DNA of 64,000 nt from an uncultured delta proteobacterium (GTDB lineage Bacteria; Myxococcota_A; Polyangia; Polyangiales; Polyangiaceae): contig CAWIUL010000011.1 in assembly GCA_963839305.1 (NCBI GenBank), positions 2,441,561-2,505,560 on the forward strand, read 5' to 3'. The translations under genes and the position numbers were made by a program. The notes under the pieces are model-generated. The model had not been told where the DNA came from and searched no databases. It saw only the letters and a list, made by a program, of their open reading frames with translations. Shown in pieces: positions 1-10,900 of this stretch (positions within the stretch are counted from its first letter, which is position 1; the number at the start of each line of letters is the position of its first letter).

Positions 1-881
<881 letters not shown>

Positions 882-912
882 GGCGGCTGAAAGCTACACC
901 ACTCCGCGGCGA

Positions 913-3444
913 TCAGCCGCCGAGTTGTGAGAGCAGCTCGCGCGCGCGCTCGAGCGTGTGGTCCTCGTCGATGGCGCGCTTCAGGAGCATCGCGGCCTTC
1001 TTCGCGTCGCCTTGGTGCATCGCGATTTCGCCGAGGCGCTCGTACGCGACGCCCTTCGAGATCGGCGCGGCGGTGCGGAGCATCGTGATCGCGCGGAGCG
1101 CGCGCGTCGCGAGGTCGAGCTCTCCCTCCGCGAGCGCGACGTGGGCGAGCTCCGACGCGACGATGCCGTTCTGGCCGTCCATGTCGAGCGCGAGGGTGAA
1201 CGCTTGCATCGCGCCCTTCGGGTTGCCGAGCGCCGTCTCGAGGCGGCCGAGGCGCAGGTGGATCTGCGCGAGGTCGCGCGAGCGGCGGCCTTTTTGCGCG
1301 GCGACGCAGGTCTGTAGGAGCTCGCGCGCCTCGTCGAAGCGCTGCGCCGCGATGTGCGCGTCCGCGAGGAGGCCCGTGCACTCCATGTCGGCGGGCTTGA
1401 TGGCGCGCGCTTCCTCGAGCGCGGACGCCGCGGCGGCGGGGTCTTGCTCGAGGAGCGTCGTGCCTGCCGCGACGAGCATCTCGAAGCGCCGCGCGGGGTC
1501 GGTGGCGGCGCGCGCTTCGGCGAGGCGGAGCTCCGCGAGCTCGCGGTGCGCGCCGATCGCCGCGTAGACCGCCGAGAGCTTCTCGAGCACGCGATCGTCG
1601 GTGGGCGCGGCCGCGCGGGCCCGCTCGAGCGCATCGCGCGCATAGCCCGGGTTCTGCGCTTGCGTCGCGGCGTCCGCGAGCTTGAGCGCGACCTCGACGA
1701 GCTTTTCGCCCGACTCGAGCTCGAGCAAGCGCGCGTACGTGTCGCTCGCGGTGTCGAAGCGGCCCGCCGACTCTTCGAGGCGCGCCATCGCCCAGAGGGT
1801 CTCGGTGTCCGCGTCGTCGACCGAGAGGAGCAGCTCGAGCTGCGCGTGCGCCTCGTCGAGGCGGTTCGCGGACGCGTAGAGCTCGGCGACGCGGCGACGG
1901 AGCGCCTTCTGCGCGCTCGCGTCGGCCGTGGTGTCGGCGGCGCGCGCGAGGACCGCGAGGAGCAGATCGCGACCGCCGTTGGGATCTTGCGCGTGCACGC
2001 GCTCGGCGTCGGCGATGGCTTCGTCGTTTCGACCGAGGCCGACGAGGACTCGCGCTCGCGCCGCGAGCACGTATGGATCGGGCGCTTTCTCCGCGAGCGC
2101 GCCGAGCTCGCTCGCGGCCTGCTCGTCGCCGCGACGCTCGAGCACCATCACGAGCCCCGCGAGGATCTCGCCATCGTTCGGGTCGATGTCGTACGCCGCG
2201 CGATACGCGCGCGCCGCCGATTCGACCTCGCCGAGCTCCGAGTAGAGCCCAGCAGCGGAGAGGAGCTCTGCGCGAGCGCGAGCGGGATCGAGCGCGCGCG
2301 CGGCGGTCTCCTTGAGCGCGGCGAGCTTGCGACGATCGCCGCGGTCTTCGTAGATCGACGCGAGGCGGTTTCGCAGCTCGACGCTGCCCGGATACGCCGC
2401 GATGCCGATTTCGAGCGTGCGCTCGACGCCAGCGTCGTCCCACTGCTCCGCGCGGAACGAGACGAGCTCGAGGGCGAGCTGCTCGGCGGCATCGCCCTGC
2501 TCGGTCTCGAGGAGGCGCTCCATGAGGTCGGCGCGCTCGGCCGCGTCGCCATCCTCGAGGAGCCTTCGCATCGCGAGGAGCAGCGAGCGGTTCTTCGGCT
2601 CCCAGTCGAGACCGGAGACGTAGAGCTCACGCGCGCGCGGGCCATCGCTCGACTCGATGATCGACCCGAGGCGAAGCGAGAGCACGGCGACCCCAGAACC
2701 GTCCTGGCGATCTTTGGCGGCGTCGAGCTGGCGCTCGAGGAGCGCCGCGAGCTCGCTCGTCTCGCCGGCCGCTTCGAGGAGCTCCGCGAGGAGCGCGACC
2801 GCGTGTGCGTCGTAGGGCTCCTCGTCGAGGAGAGCGCGAAGGTCCGCGATCACCTCGTCGCGGCGCTCGGTCTTGGTCGCGAGGACGCGCGCTCGCTCGC
2901 GACGGAGGGCGCGGCGCTCGGCTTCGTCGGTGACGGAGGGTAGGAGCGCCTCGACGATCTCGACGAGCGCGTCGGCGTCGCCGGTCGTTCGAAGGAGCTC
3001 GAGAAGCCCGGCGCGCGCGGACGCGTCGCTCGGATCCGCGAGGGCGATCTCGCGCCTCGCGCGGAGCTCGATCGCGACGTCGCCGATCTGACGAGCGCGT
3101 GTCGCGACGCCCTCGCGCAAGCGACGCGCGCCTTCGAGGTCGCAGTGCGGTCCCGCCTCGAGCTCGAGCGCGAGGCCTTCCGCGACTTCGCCGCGCGCCG
3201 ACGCGAGCGCCGCGAGCTCGAGGAGAGCCCAACGGAGCACCTCGCTCTCGCCTCGCGCTTGCGCGACGACTCGGCCCAAGAACGCCTCGGCGCGCTTGCC
3301 GTCGCCGGCTTGCAGCATGAGCGTCGCCGCCTCGCGCAGCGTCGCGAGAGACGCGCCTTCGTCTTCGGCCTGGAGCGTCACGGCGCGTTGGACGAGGTCG
3401 GGGCGTCCGGTGAGGCGCGCTGCGCGCACGAAGACGTCGAGCAT
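913..3444 (-). CDS. giant TPR/solenoid repeat protein, C-terminal segment (probably continuous with the two upstream segments)
   Basis: 843-aa ORF rich in A/L/E/R helical repeats with TPR-like periodicity. Its frame stays open upstream of the first Met, and the upstream ORF reads as junk from ~3465, so a frame break is likely. Confidence 0.6.
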   Translation of the reverse strand: MLDVFVRAARLTGRPDLVQRAVTLQAEDEGASLATLREAATLMLQAGDGKRAEAFLGRVVAQARGESEVLRWALLELAALASARGEVAEGLALELEAGPHCDLEGARRLREGVATRARQIGDVAIELRARREIALADPSDASARAGLLELLRTTGDADALVEIVEALLPSVTDEAERRALRRERARVLATKTERRDEVIADLRALLDEEPYDAHAVALLAELLEAAGETSELAALLERQLDAAKDRQDGSGVAVLSLRLGSIIESSDGPRARELYVSGLDWEPKNRSLLLAMRRLLEDGDAAERADLMERLLETEQGDAAEQLALELVSFRAEQWDDAGVERTLEIGIAAYPGSVELRNRLASIYEDRGDRRKLAALKETAARALDPARARAELLSAAGLYSELGEVESAARAYRAAYDIDPNDGEILAGLVMVLERRGDEQAASELGALAEKAPDPYVLAARARVLVGLGRNDEAIADAERVHAQDPNGGRDLLLAVLARAADTTADASAQKALRRRVAELYASANRLDEAHAQLELLLSVDDADTETLWAMARLEESAGRFDTASDTYARLLELESGEKLVEVALKLADAATQAQNPGYARDALERARAAAPTDDRVLEKLSAVYAAIGAHRELAELRLAEARAATDPARRFEMLVAAGTTLLEQDPAAAASALEEARAIKPADMECTGLLADAHIAAQRFDEARELLQTCVAAQKGRRSRDLAQIHLRLGRLETALGNPKGAMQAFTLALDMDGQNGIVASELAHVALAEGELDLATRALRAITMLRTAAPISKGVAYERLGEIAMHQGDAKKAAMLLKRAIDEDHTLERARELLSQLGG

Positions 3445-6400
3445 CGCGCGCGTCGCGCGGCCGCCAGGAAATCGCCCCGTCCGCGATCGTCGCCGCGCGC
3501 TCCGCGTCGGGAGCGAGGTCGAGCGCGGTCGAGAGCGAGCGCGCCGCGTCGTCGACGGTCGCGTCCTTGCGCGCGCGAAGGTCCGCGAGCCTGTAGAGGA
3601 TGTCGCTGGCAGCGCGCGGGTCGCGCGACGTGCTCTCGACCTCGAGGGCCGCGAGCTCCGAGAGCGTGGCCTCTTGGCTCTCCGCGTCGCCGAGCGTCGC
3701 GTAGACGCGATCGAGCGCGCGGAGCACGTCGACCGCCATCGCGCCCGTCTTCTTCGCGCGCACGAGGATCTCCGCCGCGCGAGACGCGCCGCCCTCCGAG
3801 CGCGCGAGCGCGTCGCCGGCCCGCAAGAGGAGCGAGCACGAGGTGCGCGCGTCGTTCGACGCGGTCGCGCGGTCCGCGAGCGAGGTGACCGTCTCGATGT
3901 ACGCGTCGGTCTTGCCGAGCTTCGTCGCGAGCGCCATCGCGGCGTCGTGCGCGGGCGCCGACGACGGAACCTCCGCGAGCGCGTCGAGGTACGCGCGAAG
4001 CGCCGCCTCGTGATCTCCGAGCTCGTCGTGCGAGCGCGCGAGCTCTGCGAGCACCTCCGCGCGAGCCTCGGACGACTGCGCGCGCTCGAGCCGCGAGCGG
4101 AGCGAGCGCAAGAGCCCCTGCGTGTTTCCCCGCGTGCGGAGGGCCTTCTCGAGCCGCTTGGCCTCCGCGTCGGACGTCGCGGCGGTCTCGAAGGCGGACT
4201 CGATGATCTCCGCCGCGCGCTCGGGCTCGCCCTGACGCTCCGCGAGCGCCGCGAGCTCCACGAGCACCTCGGTGCGAAGCACGGGCGCGTCGTCCTCGGC
4301 GCGTCGCACGACGGCGAGCAGCGCGCGATACGAGCGCTCGGCCTTGTCGAGCTGCCCGTCGTCGCGCGCGAGCTCGGCGACCATGCGCAAGATCTCCGGA
4401 TTGGCCGGATCGATGCGCGTCGCGGCCTCGAGCTCCGCGAGCGCCTGCGCGCGCTCGCCGATTCGGAGGTGCAATCGCGCGAGGTAGAAGTGGACGGTGG
4501 CGCGCTCCTTGGGGCGACGCCCCGCGAACGCGTCGATCATCTCGCGCAAGAGCGCGCGCGCGCGATCGGGGCTCCCGGCGTCTTGCAGCGCCTCGGCGAG
4601 GCGGAGCTTCAGCGGGCGATCGTCGGGCGCGAGCGCGCAGGCTTGCTCGAGCAGCGGCACCGCTCGATCCGGCTGCGCGCATCGACCGAGGAAGATATCG
4701 GCGGCCTCGACGAGGAGCGCGCGGCGATCGGCGTCGGTCTTGGCGCCCTCGGCTTGACGCGCGATGAGCTCGCCGAGCGGCGCGAACTGCGACGTGCGCC
4801 GGTAGATGGCCGCGAGCCGCTGCGCGACGTCCGCGGGCGAGCTCGGATCCGCCATCGCGGCTTCGAGGCGCTCTTGCGCGGCGTCGTCGCGGCCGCCCTT
4901 CGAGAACGCGTCGGCGAGGCGCACGATGACCGCGGCGCGCTGCTCGGGGAACTCGCGCACGAGGCGGTCGAGGTTCGCCGCAGCGTCGACCCACTCGGAT
5001 TGGTGCTCGTGGATGCGCGCGATGGCGTCGAGGAGCTGCGCGCGAAGCTCGAGCGCGAGCGCGCGTTTGTAGTGCGAGAGCGCGAGCGCCCAGTGACCGA
5101 GCTTCTCTTCGGCGATGCTCGCAGCGCGCGACCAGAGCTCGACCGCAGAGAGCGCGTCGCCGTCGGCCTCCGCGAGCCCCGCTTGCTCGGCGCAGAACGC
5201 CGAGAGCTCGTCCCAGTGCCCTGCGCCTTCGAGCGTCTCCGAGAGGACGAGCGTCGTTCGCGCGTGGCGCGGCGCGTCGACGAGGTTGTCCCGCAGGCTC
5301 GTCGTGGCTTCGTCGATGCGACCGAGCTCGCGCTCGAGCAACGCGGCCTCCAGGCGGTGCGCGACGCGGACCGCGGCCTCGCTCGCGACGGCGATCTGCT
5401 TCTTGCGAACCGCGAGGAGATCGTCCTTGCGTCCGAGCGACGCGTAGACGTCCGCGAGGCGAGACGCGGCCTCGTCGTCGCGAGGCTCCTCTTCGAAGAG
5501 CCGCGCGTAGAGGCGCTGAGCGGCCTGCGCGTCGCCGACGCAATCGAGCGCGGTGCGACCGGCCTCGTGGAGCAGCTCGCGCGAGCGCTCGCGCGTGAAG
5601 GGCAGCTTGGCTGCGCTCTCGAGGAGCTCGACGATCCGCTCGGCGTTGCCCTCTTCGTTGTGGACGCGCAAGAGCTCGGCGAGCGCCCACTCGACGTGCT
5701 CGCTCGGATGTCCCGACGGACCCACGCTCGGAGGAGCTTCGCCCGGCGACAACGTGGCCGGCGCTTGCTCGTCGGACGACGTCCACCGCTCGGACGCGAG
5801 CTTCAAGAGGCGATCGAGGATGCTCTTGGCGAGCCCGCAATCGACGACGACGCGCGCCGCGACCTCCGCGGCCTCGTGCAGGAGCTCGGGATCGCCGCCC
5901 GTGGCTTGCGACAGGCGCAAGAGGCTGTCGATCAGCGGACGTCCGCGGTGACGGCGCTGGAGCTGCGCGAGCTGCGCGAGCAAGCGCGTGTCGTTCGGGT
6001 CGTGCGTGAGGGCGCGCGCGTACGCGGCCTCGGCGGCCTCGGCGTCGGCGCGGCGGTCACGGTGCCACGTCGCGAGACGCGCTTCGAGATCGCGCGCGGC
6101 CTCGCGCGGGAGCTCCGTGCGCTGCGCGATGGCAGCCTCGAACGCGGCGGTGAGCGCGTCCCACCCCGCGTGCGCGGACGCCGCGTCTTCGAGCGCGTGA
6201 ACGAGCGTCTCGTCGGGTCCACCGCCGGCGTCCGAATCGCGCCGCCGCTCGGAGGCGGCGACCGCGCGATCGAGCACCAGCGTTGCCGCGGCGTCCCACC
6301 GGGCGACGCGCCCAGCGACGCGGATCAGCGAGAGCGCCGCGTCGGCGTTCGTCGGCTCGTCGTTCGCGACGCGCGTGAACTGAACCAGCGCGCCGCGCGG

Positions 6401-7960
6401 ATCGTCGAGGTGCGTCTCGAGCAGCGCGCCGAGCTTCGTGCGAAGCCGGAGGACGTCCGCGTCGTCGTTCTTGCGCGAGCCCTCGAGGCCCTCGAGCACG
6501 GCGCGGTGCGCGTCTGCGAACGCGCGGTACACGTCGGGGGCGCCCGCGGCCGCCGCCGCGTCGGAGAGCCGCTCGGCCGTCGCGGCCACTTCCGCCACGC
6601 CACCGGCGATCGTGAAGGCCTCACGCGACGCGTGGAACGCCGCCTCGAGATCGTTCGCTCGCTTCTCGAAGAGCTCCGCGGTCTGGAGCAAGTTCGCGAC
6701 GCGCTCGTCGTCGTCCTTTGCGAGGCGAAGTCGCTGCGGAAGGAGCGCGACGATCTTCTGCCACGCGTCGGTCGCCGAGTGATCGCTCAAGAGCACGTCG
6801 AGCGCCTTGCGCGCCGCGCTCTTCACGTCGAGGAGCGCGGTCAACCCGGTGAACGCTTGCGCGTCGCCGGGCCGCGCGTCGAGCGCTTGCGCGTAGCTCT
6901 CGATCGCGCGCTTCGGCTCGTCGAGCTTGGCGCGCTGCACGTCACCGAGGCGCGCGAGGAGCGACGACTTGGTCTCGCGGTCTTCATGACGCTCGGACGC
7001 GCGGGCGAGGAGCTCCGCGAGATCCTTCCAGCGCTCGCGCTGCTCGTAGAGCTCGGCGAGCGCGGCGTCCGCGTCGTCGGCATCGCCGCTCGCCTCGCGG
7101 ACGTTCTGCCAGACGTCGATCGCCTCGTCGGGCGCGTCGAGCTCCGTCGAGAGGATGCGCGCCGCGCGAACGCGGTCCTCGCGGCTCGCGGCCGCGTCCT
7201 TGCGCACGCTCGCGCGCTTCAAGAGCGCGTCGACCAGCGCACGCACCTTGCCCGCGGACACGAGCACGTCGACGAGCCCGTCGAGCGCCTCGAGATCTTC
7301 CGTGTCGTCCTTGAGGCGCGTCTCCCACGCCGTGACGCTGCGCTCGTTCTCGCCGATTTGCGCGGCGAGGCGCGCGGCCTCGCCGAGCGCGGCGCGACGC
7401 GCGGTCGCGTCGTCTTCTTCGAGCGTCGCGAGGCGCTCGAGCACCGGGAGGCGATCCGCCTTTCGGTCCGACGCCGCGAGGAGCGCGTCGAGCCGGCGAG
7501 CGGCCAAGAGCTGCGACGCGGCCGACACGTCGAGGTGGAGGACGCGGCCCAGGAGATCGATCGCGCGAGGCGCGTCACCGAGCTTGTCCGCGTAGACTGC
7601 GGCAGAGTCGAGGAGCAGCGTGGCGCGAAGCTCGTCGCCCTCGCAGTCGTCCGCAGCAGACGCGAGGACCTCGGCGAGGCGATCGAATCGATTCGCCTTC
7701 TCCGCGAGGCGCGCGAGGCGCTCGCGGTGCGTGTTCGCGTCCGGATCGAGCATCACGAGCGACACGGCGTGCTCGAGCGCGGCGGCGTCGTTTCCGAGCC
7801 GTTCGTGGAGCGCGGCGACCTCGCCGTGGCGGCGAATGCGCTCCTTTGCGTTCTTCACGGCCTCGAGCTCGACCTCGAGCATGCGCGCGAGATCTGCCTC
7901 GCGCGTGAGCTCGGCGTAACGCTCGCGAAGGAGCGACGCCGCGCGCTGACGAACGAGCAC
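2627..7960 (-). CDS. giant TPR-repeat protein, middle segment (credible coding ~3466..8040; tail 2627..3465 reads out of frame)
   Basis: 1777-aa ORF with a GTG start and no convincing RBS. TPR-like content runs to about ...ERAATIADGAIS, then ~280 aa of Arg-rich wrong-frame composition. Confidence 0.55.
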   Translation of the reverse strand: MLVRQRAASLLRERYAELTREADLARMLEVELEAVKNAKERIRRHGEVAALHERLGNDAAALEHAVSLVMLDPDANTHRERLARLAEKANRFDRLAEVLASAADDCEGDELRATLLLDSAAVYADKLGDAPRAIDLLGRVLHLDVSAASQLLAARRLDALLAASDRKADRLPVLERLATLEEDDATARRAALGEAARLAAQIGENERSVTAWETRLKDDTEDLEALDGLVDVLVSAGKVRALVDALLKRASVRKDAAASREDRVRAARILSTELDAPDEAIDVWQNVREASGDADDADAALAELYEQRERWKDLAELLARASERHEDRETKSSLLARLGDVQRAKLDEPKRAIESYAQALDARPGDAQAFTGLTALLDVKSAARKALDVLLSDHSATDAWQKIVALLPQRLRLAKDDDERVANLLQTAELFEKRANDLEAAFHASREAFTIAGGVAEVAATAERLSDAAAAAGAPDVYRAFADAHRAVLEGLEGSRKNDDADVLRLRTKLGALLETHLDDPRGALVQFTRVANDEPTNADAALSLIRVAGRVARWDAAATLVLDRAVAASERRRDSDAGGGPDETLVHALEDAASAHAGWDALTAAFEAAIAQRTELPREAARDLEARLATWHRDRRADAEAAEAAYARALTHDPNDTRLLAQLAQLQRRHRGRPLIDSLLRLSQATGGDPELLHEAAEVAARVVVDCGLAKSILDRLLKLASERWTSSDEQAPATLSPGEAPPSVGPSGHPSEHVEWALAELLRVHNEEGNAERIVELLESAAKLPFTRERSRELLHEAGRTALDCVGDAQAAQRLYARLFEEEPRDDEAASRLADVYASLGRKDDLLAVRKKQIAVASEAAVRVAHRLEAALLERELGRIDEATTSLRDNLVDAPRHARTTLVLSETLEGAGHWDELSAFCAEQAGLAEADGDALSAVELWSRAASIAEEKLGHWALALSHYKRALALELRAQLLDAIARIHEHQSEWVDAAANLDRLVREFPEQRAAVIVRLADAFSKGGRDDAAQERLEAAMADPSSPADVAQRLAAIYRRTSQFAPLGELIARQAEGAKTDADRRALLVEAADIFLGRCAQPDRAVPLLEQACALAPDDRPLKLRLAEALQDAGSPDRARALLREMIDAFAGRRPKERATVHFYLARLHLRIGERAQALAELEAATRIDPANPEILRMVAELARDDGQLDKAERSYRALLAVVRRAEDDAPVLRTEVLVELAALAERQGEPERAAEIIESAFETAATSDAEAKRLEKALRTRGNTQGLLRSLRSRLERAQSSEARAEVLAELARSHDELGDHEAALRAYLDALAEVPSSAPAHDAAMALATKLGKTDAYIETVTSLADRATASNDARTSCSLLLRAGDALARSEGGASRAAEILVRAKKTGAMAVDVLRALDRVYATLGDAESQEATLSELAALEVESTSRDPRAASDILYRLADLRARKDATVDDAARSLSTALDLAPDAERAATIADGAISWRPRDARDARRLRARSAPHRTPRPRPTRRDAPGRRRRRVSRDAARGGDAHAASRRRQARRGVLGPSRRASARRERGAPLGSPRARGARVGARRSRGRPRARARGGTALRPRRRASLARGRRDTRSSDRRRRDRAPREARDRPRGSERRVRARRASRAPSNDRRRRRARRDRRGAPTLRHRRSRAPRPPSRASARPRDQDRAPRRGDRGPSRSPRRGALRRTRGRAPRGAPRSGRRDERARGAPRAPARRRQRSPGRFWGRRALASPRVDHRVERWPARA

Positions 7961-10900
7961 GCGCTTGTTTCCGCGCTTCCCGCCGCCCGTGGGCGGAACG
8001 GAGCGCGCGCGGCGGAACGGACGCGCGCGGCGGCGGCATGCTGTCGTGCGCGGCGGCGACGCGCTCGCTCACCGCGGAGCCGGTCGGCGGCAGCGTCTTC
8101 TTCATCTCCTCGCCGACGGGAGCGGTGGAGAGCACGCGCTCGAGCAGGCCGATGACGTCGTCGCCGTTCTGGCCCGCCTGCATCATCTCTTCGACGACGA
8201 GGAGCGCCGAGCCCGCGTCGCCGAGCTCGTCGAGCCACAGCGTGGCCATGCGAACGCGGAGGGCGTGCGCGTCCGGCGGGGGCTGTCCGCCGAGCTGCGC
8301 GCCGAGCAGGCCGATCAAATCGCGGTACTTGCCGTGGCGCTCGTAGAGACGCTCGAGCGACGCGAGCAATCGCTCGTTCTTCGGCTTGTAGTGGAGGAGC
8401 TGCTCGAGGTAGCCAATCGCGCGCTCCGCGTTCTTGGCGAAGTCTTTCGCGATCTGCGCGGCGTCCTCGAGGAGCTCGGTGCGGCGCGTCTCTTCGAGCT
8501 CGCCTCCGAGCACGCGATCGTAGAGCGTGAAGAGCTCGTCCCACCGCTCCTGCGAGTCGTAGAGGAGCTTGAGCCGATCGAAGGCCCAGCCCGCCGGGTC
8601 GATGTCCACCATCCGCTCGAGGATGCGGACCACGGCGGCCGCGTCGTCGAACCACTCTTCGTGGAACGCGACGGCGCGCTGCCCGAGCTCGATCGCGTCC
8701 TCGACCGCGATCGGCTTGCCCATGGCGGCTTGGTAGAGATCCGACAGGTCTTGCGGGCGATCGAGCGCGCGCGCGAGCTGCTCGGCGCGATCCCACCACG
8801 CGAGCTCCGTGGGAAGCTCGGCGAGCGCGCGGAGCAGGACGCCATACGCTTCGTCCTGCGACTCGACGAGATCGAGCAGCTGGCCGTGCCACGCGCGACG
8901 GCGATCGACAGGGGCCTCGATCGCGCTCGCGACGAGCGCCGCGAGGACGCGCTTGCGACCCTTCGCGTCTGCGCTCTCGAGCGACGCCTCGAGGAGCTTC
9001 GAAGCCTCCGGGCCGATCTCTTCGTGCGGAAGGAGCTTCACGAGGAGGCGCAGCGCGGCCTCGTCGTCCGAACGCTGCGAGAGCGCGGCGCGGATCTCGG
9101 TCATCGCGTCCGCCTCGCGGCCGGGGATCGACGCGAGGAGACCCGCGACCTCGGCGCGCAGCCGCGACGCGGCCTCGCCCTCGGCTCGAGCGAGGCGAGC
9201 GCGGAGCGTTCCGAGCGCGCCCTCGACGTCGCCGGTCGCGATCATCAAGCGAGCGATCTCGGCGTGCGGCTCCGCGGAGTCGGGCTCGAGCTCCGCGGCT
9301 TGTTTCCAGAGATCGATCGCGCGAGACGCGTCGCCGAGCTTCTCTTCCTCGAGCCGCGCAAAGCGTCCGAGCGCCGCGACGCGCGCGCCGCCTTCCGCGC
9401 CAGACGCGCGCCACCCGAGGAGCCAGCGCCACGACTCGGCCTCTTCGCGCGGCTCACGCTGGGCGAGGAGTGTCTCGAAGCGATCCGCCGCGCGCGCCTT
9501 CGTCTCTGGCTCCGAGTGGCGATCCTCGAGGACCTCGCGCAAGAGCTCCCGCGCTTCGTCCCTGCGCGACTCGTCGGCCGCGAGGACGTCGGCCTTGGCC
9601 GCGACGATGCGCGCGCGCACGGACGGATCGCGCCCGACCTCGCCCGAGAGCGCGCTCTCGAGCGTCTTCAGAAGCGCGCCGCTCGCCTCCGCGGCGATCC
9701 CGAGCTCGGTGAGCTTCACGAGGGTCGCCGCGTCGTCAGGCGCTTCGAGGAACGCGCGCGCCGCCGCGTCGAAGGCGCCGGGCGCGTCGTTCATGCGCGT
9801 CCGGAGCACGTCCGCGAGCTTGAGCAGCGCGTCCTTGCGCTCGACGCCGCTCGACGCCGACTCGACCAGCGCGGCGTAGAGCTCGGGCAGCGACGACCAG
9901 TCGCCGCTCGTCTCGACGAGCGACGCGAGCCGCTCGGTGGCCGTGCGATCGAAGGGCGCGCCGCGACGAATGCGCTCGTAGAGCTTGCGGGCGGTCTTGC
10001 GATCGCCCATCTCCTCGGCCGCGCGCGCGCCGTCTCGCCACGCGACGGCCGCAGCAGCAGCGTCTCCGCGCTCGTGTTGCAGCGTGCCGAGGCGCGTGAA
10101 CCAGAAGACCTTGTCTTCGCCCGAGTCCGCGAGCTCGACGCGCTTCGCCGCGGCGATCACGAGCAAGCTCGGGTCGTCTGCGCGCTCGGCGACCTGCTCG
10201 ACGAGGTCGAGATCCGCGTTCGTCGCGAACGCGTCCTCCGCGAGGGCCTTGGCGTGGACGACCGCGCGAGCGCGAAGCCCTCGCTCGGACGCGAGCCGCG
10301 CGAGGCGCGTGCGGAGCAGTCGCTCTTCCTCGCCCGGCGGCGTTCGCGTGAGGCGCTGCTCGAGGAGCGCGCACGCGTCGGGGAACGCGCCAGCCTCGCA
10401 GTAGAGCTCGAAGAGCGCGTCCTCGGTGGCGTCGTCGGATCCTTCGGCGAGGCTCGCGCGGAGCGTCTCGATGGCGCCGCCGCCGTCGCCGAGGTCCTTG
10501 CGCTGGAGGTTCGCGATCGCGAGGTGCAGACCTCGACGCTTCTCCGTGTGCGTCTCTCTCCCGAGCGCCGCGCGATAGAGGCGCACGCGATCGTGCGGCG
10601 TCCCCTGCTCGCGCAGGAGCAAGTCGACGCCCGCCATCAGCTCGGGCGAAGACGGCGCGAACTCGAGCGCGCGTTTGTACGCGTCGAGCGCGCGCGCACG
10701 ATCGCCCGCGACGAGCGCCGCGTCTCCGAGCCCTTGCGCGACCGCGAGGAGCTCGTTCGACGTCACGGGTTTGTCGCCGAGCGCGAGCGCGAGCACGTCG
10801 GCGCGCGCGCCTGCTCCACCCTCGCCTGGCGAGAGACGGTCGAGCGCGGCGATCCACGGCTCGACCGGCCGCGACTCGTCGAGCGCCTGCGCGAGCGCCG